Shown in pieces: positions 61,469 through 64,000 of a stretch of 64,000 nt of DNA. Position numbers and translations under genes: made by a program. Below the pieces are notes generated by a model. That model was not told where the DNA came from and did not search any database. It was given only the letters and a program-made list of their open reading frames with translations. The number at the start of each line of letters is the position of its first letter. Positions within the stretch are counted from its first letter, which is position 1. This DNA comes from a virus: positions 1-64,000 of the IMG/VR virus record IMGVR_UViG_3300037484_000491; one strand, given 5' to 3'.

Positions 61469-64000
61469 TATGCGAGTTAACCCAAGAACTGAAGAAGCAG
61501 CCGACTTATTTTTACAGGGTTCACTTGCTTTGGCAAGGGCTGAGATGGCAGGTATCCATTTGGACGTGCCATACTGTGAACGACAGAAGCGACTTCTTAC
61601 AAATAAGATAAACCAATTAGAAGATGAGTTTAAGCAAACCACATTTTACAGGCATTGGGAACATTCTGTCAATGGGGTTGTAAACATCAATTCTGACACA
61701 CAGTTAAGGCATTTTTTATATGATGTTAAGAAATATAAAATTTCAAAATACACATATTCAGGTCAGGGGGCAACTGATGCAGAGGCGTTGTCACAATTAG
61801 GTATCCCTGAACTTGACATTCTTGCACAGAGGGATAAACTGAAAAGGTTGAGAGATGTAAACATAGATGGGTTTTTAAGAGAACAAGTCAATGGTGTGAT
61901 TCATCCGTTTTTTAATTTGCATTTAGCACATTCTTACCGATCTTGTATTGCTAAAGGAACTCTTGTTTTAGTGGTTAGAGATTTTTTAAAGTATCCTAAA
62001 GGAGTTCCAATTGAAGAAATTAAAGAGGGTAATTTTGTTTATTGTTTTGATGATAAATTAAATCCGGCAATTAGAAAAGTTCTTTGGGCGGGTAAAACAG
62101 GACATCGAGAAGTTATTAGAGTTCATTATTCTGTAAAAGGAAAACACAAAAATGGTTATTTGGATGTTACACCAGAACATTTAATAAGATTAATTGATGG
62201 TAACTATGAAGAAGCACAAAATTTAGTAGGTGATTTTAGAAAACCTTGGGAAAGCAATAAATTGCAAAAAATAAGGACACTTTCTTGTGCAAGAGTAGAT
62301 GATAAATTAAATTTCACAGGACATTTAAAAAGCGGTAAAGGAATACATGAACATAGATTAATTTATAAAGAATTGATTGGAGAATTAACAAAAAAAGATA
62401 TAATTCATCATGAAAATGAAATTCATTTAGATCATACACCAAGTAATCTAAAAAAAACAAATCTTCCCGCTCATAGCAGTTATCATTCAAAAAATGTATC
62501 AGAAAAAAGAAATCAAGAAAGGATTCAAACATTAAAAGATAATAGATATAAAATAATTTATAAGTCTGGATTTGAAAATTCAAATAGTTTAAAATTATCT
62601 AAATTTAGTTGCTATCGGTTACTTATTAAAGTTTTTGGACATTTAACAAAAGTAGTTTATGATTTTGAATCTTTTAAAAAATGTCTGGAATATCATAATA
62701 TTGATTTTAGAGATGTACTTATTAGATTTGATAAAAATGGAAACTATATTTGGAAATCAAAGTTAAAAGAAATATCAAAATTAGGAAGGGCAAAAGTTTC
62801 AAAAATAATTGGTTGTGGGAGTGAACGATTAATCAAATTATATGGTTTATATAATATTGATACAAAGAGAAAATGGGGAAATCAATTTGGTTCTTTTGTT
62901 CCGGGAAATCATAATATAACTAAAATAGAATGGATTAAAAAAATTGTTGATGTTTATGATATTGAAGTAGAAGAATTTCATAATTTTTTTGCAAATGAAA
63001 TTTGTGTTCATAATTCATCAAATTCTCCTAACTTCCAAAATATCCCAATCAGGGATGAAGAATCCATGAAAGTTTGCAGGAAGGCACTTTATCCAAGACC
63101 GGGACACCAGTTGTTAGAAGTGGATTTTAAAGCTATTGAAGTTGCAGTAAATGCCTCAATTAATAAAGACACAAATCTTTTGAAATATTGCAGGGATCCA
63201 AAGTCAGATATGCACGGGGATATGGCAAAGCAGATTTTCAAATTGGACAAATTTGATGCAGTGAACCATGATATTTTGAGACAGGCTACTAAAAATGGAT
63301 TTGTATTTCCTGAGTTCTATGGGGATTATTATGTAAATTGTGCAGAGAACATGGCTTGTAATTGGGGAAAACTTGGAAAAGGAAGATGGAAAGAAGGGGA
63401 AGGGATTCCTTTGGATGGTGGGAACCTATCTGACCATTTAATTTCAAAGGGTTTTATTTCATTGAAGAAGTTTGAAGATCATATACAAAAAATTGAAAAA
63501 GACTTTTGGCAAAACAGGTTTCCTGAATATGATGAATGGAAAGACAGATGGTACAATATTTATAAAAAGTACGGATATTTTGACATACCAACCGGATTTC
63601 GTTGTTCAGGAGTATTAGATAAAAAACAAGTATGTAATATTCCTGCACAGGGGTGTTTGCAAGGAGACGTAAAAGTATTTACAATAAATGGGTTTGTTGC
63701 TATAAAAGAACTTGTTAATATCAGAACTAAAATTTGGACTGGGTTTAATTGGGCAGAAGCAATTGGATTAAATAAAGGGGAATGTCAATTGGCAGAAATT
63801 GAATTAAATTCTGGGGTAACAATAAAGTGTGATATAAGACACAGATTAAAAAATGAAAATAATGAATGGGTTGATTTTTCTGATTTAAAAATTGGTAATT
63901 ATGTAGCGTTACCCAAAAATATAACGCCAATTGAACCTTCTAAGGAAATGAATTGGGCTTTTATTTTTGGGTTTATAATTGGGGATGGGTGCTTATATTC
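61461..64000 (+). CDS. family A DNA polymerase (polymerase domain), interrupted by two inteins; 3' end outside window
   Basis: By hand translation the frame is open from ATG 61461 to the window edge. It is not in the ORF track because no stop is reached. Extein motifs: HSYRS|SSNSPNFQNIP (compare TGRLSSSDPNLQNIP), LLEVDFKAIEV (motif A), RQATKNGFVFPEFYG (motif B), NIPAQG|. Confidence 0.8.
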   Translation, partial: MIDMRVNPRTEEAADLFLQGSLALARAEMAGIHLDVPYCERQKRLLTNKINQLEDEFKQTTFYRHWEHSVNGVVNINSDTQLRHFLYDVKKYKISKYTYSGQGATDAEALSQLGIPELDILAQRDKLKRLRDVNIDGFLREQVNGVIHPFFNLHLAHSYRSCIAKGTLVLVVRDFLKYPKGVPIEEIKEGNFVYCFDDKLNPAIRKVLWAGKTGHREVIRVHYSVKGKHKNGYLDVTPEHLIRLIDGNYEEAQNLVGDFRKPWESNKLQKIRTLSCARVDDKLNFTGHLKSGKGIHEHRLIYKELIGELTKKDIIHHENEIHLDHTPSNLKKTNLPAHSSYHSKNVSEKRNQERIQTLKDNRYKIIYKSGFENSNSLKLSKFSCYRLLIKVFGHLTKVVYDFESFKKCLEYHNIDFRDVLIRFDKNGNYIWKSKLKEISKLGRAKVSKIIGCGSERLIKLYGLYNIDTKRKWGNQFGSFVPGNHNITKIEWIKKIVDVYDIEVEEFHNFFANEICVHNSSNSPNFQNIPIRDEESMKVCRKALYPRPGHQLLEVDFKAIEVAVNASINKDTNLLKYCRDPKSDMHGDMAKQIFKLDKFDAVNHDILRQATKNGFVFPEFYGDYYVNCAENMACNWGKLGKGRWKEGEGIPLDGGNLSDHLISKGFISLKKFEDHIQKIEKDFWQNRFPEYDEWKDRWYNIYKKYGYFDIPTGFRCSGVLDKKQVCNIPAQGCLQGDVKVFTINGFVAIKELVNIRTKIWTGFNWAEAIGLNKGECQLAEIELNSGVTIKCDIRHRLKNENNEWVDFSDLKIGNYVALPKNITPIEPSKEMNWAFIFGFIIGDGCLY
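61944..63014 (+). mobile_element. intein 1 (357 aa) with HNH endonuclease domain
   Basis: Starts CIAKGTLVLV and ends VYDIEVEEFHNFFANEICVHN, followed by Ser+1. Internal HEHRLIYKEL...IIHHENEIHLDHTPSNL...AHSSYH (HNH). Removal restores the conserved PolA motif. Confidence 0.75.
63654..64000 (+). mobile_element. intein 2 (N-terminal part; LAGLIDADG type), continues beyond the window
   Basis: Cys1 follows the conserved NIPAQG (CLQGDVKVFTINGF...). A LAGLIDADG-like AFIFGFIIGDGCLY lies at the window edge. Confidence 0.6.

Overview
AT-rich 64-kb window that reads as most of the genome of a tailed dsDNA phage or prophage with a long non-contractile (sipho-type) tail module: tape measure, gpG/gpGT chaperone and major tail protein are present, and no sheath gene is seen. 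The genes form two arms. (1) A minus-strand late arm runs from 41018 down to 6507. In order it carries small and large terminase, a six-gene accessory block, portal, an LRR protein, a MuF-like protein, a DUF2213-like protease/scaffold, an encapsulin-like major capsid protein, a nine-gene glycosyl/methyl/sulfo-transferase island, connector and neck genes, major tail protein, a chaperone with a -1 slippery site, tape measure, distal tail and fibre proteins, and a lysis cassette. (2) A plus-strand early/replication arm runs from 41261 to the window end and appears to continue at 1-6374. It carries a radical-SAM enzyme, about 1 kb of non-coding DNA, small ORFs, an SNF2 helicase, a sigma-like factor, a 45-unit tetrapeptide-repeat protein, primase, an SLT-domain protein, a replisome organiser, a RepA/DnaB-like ATPase, a ParB-like protein, a lipoprotein, two DNA methyltransferases flanking a clamp-like and a UDG-like protein, a 3'-5' exonuclease, and a family-A DNA polymerase interrupted by two inteins. 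The 1-6374 part holds SbcCD-like genes and HTH regulators. I saw no rRNA, tRNA, CRISPR array, integrase or reverse transcriptase. The best candidates for something new are these: the transferase island embedded in the virion operon (possible complex virion glycosylation including fucose, LicD-type phospho-transfer, methylation and sulfation); an exact 28-nt motif present at five places, including inside the ParB-like gene and on both sides of the radical-SAM gene; the roughly 1-kb non-coding region with hairpin-rich GC islands; and two proteins built from 12-nt/4-residue repeats. All family assignments come from motifs read by eye, because no database search was possible.
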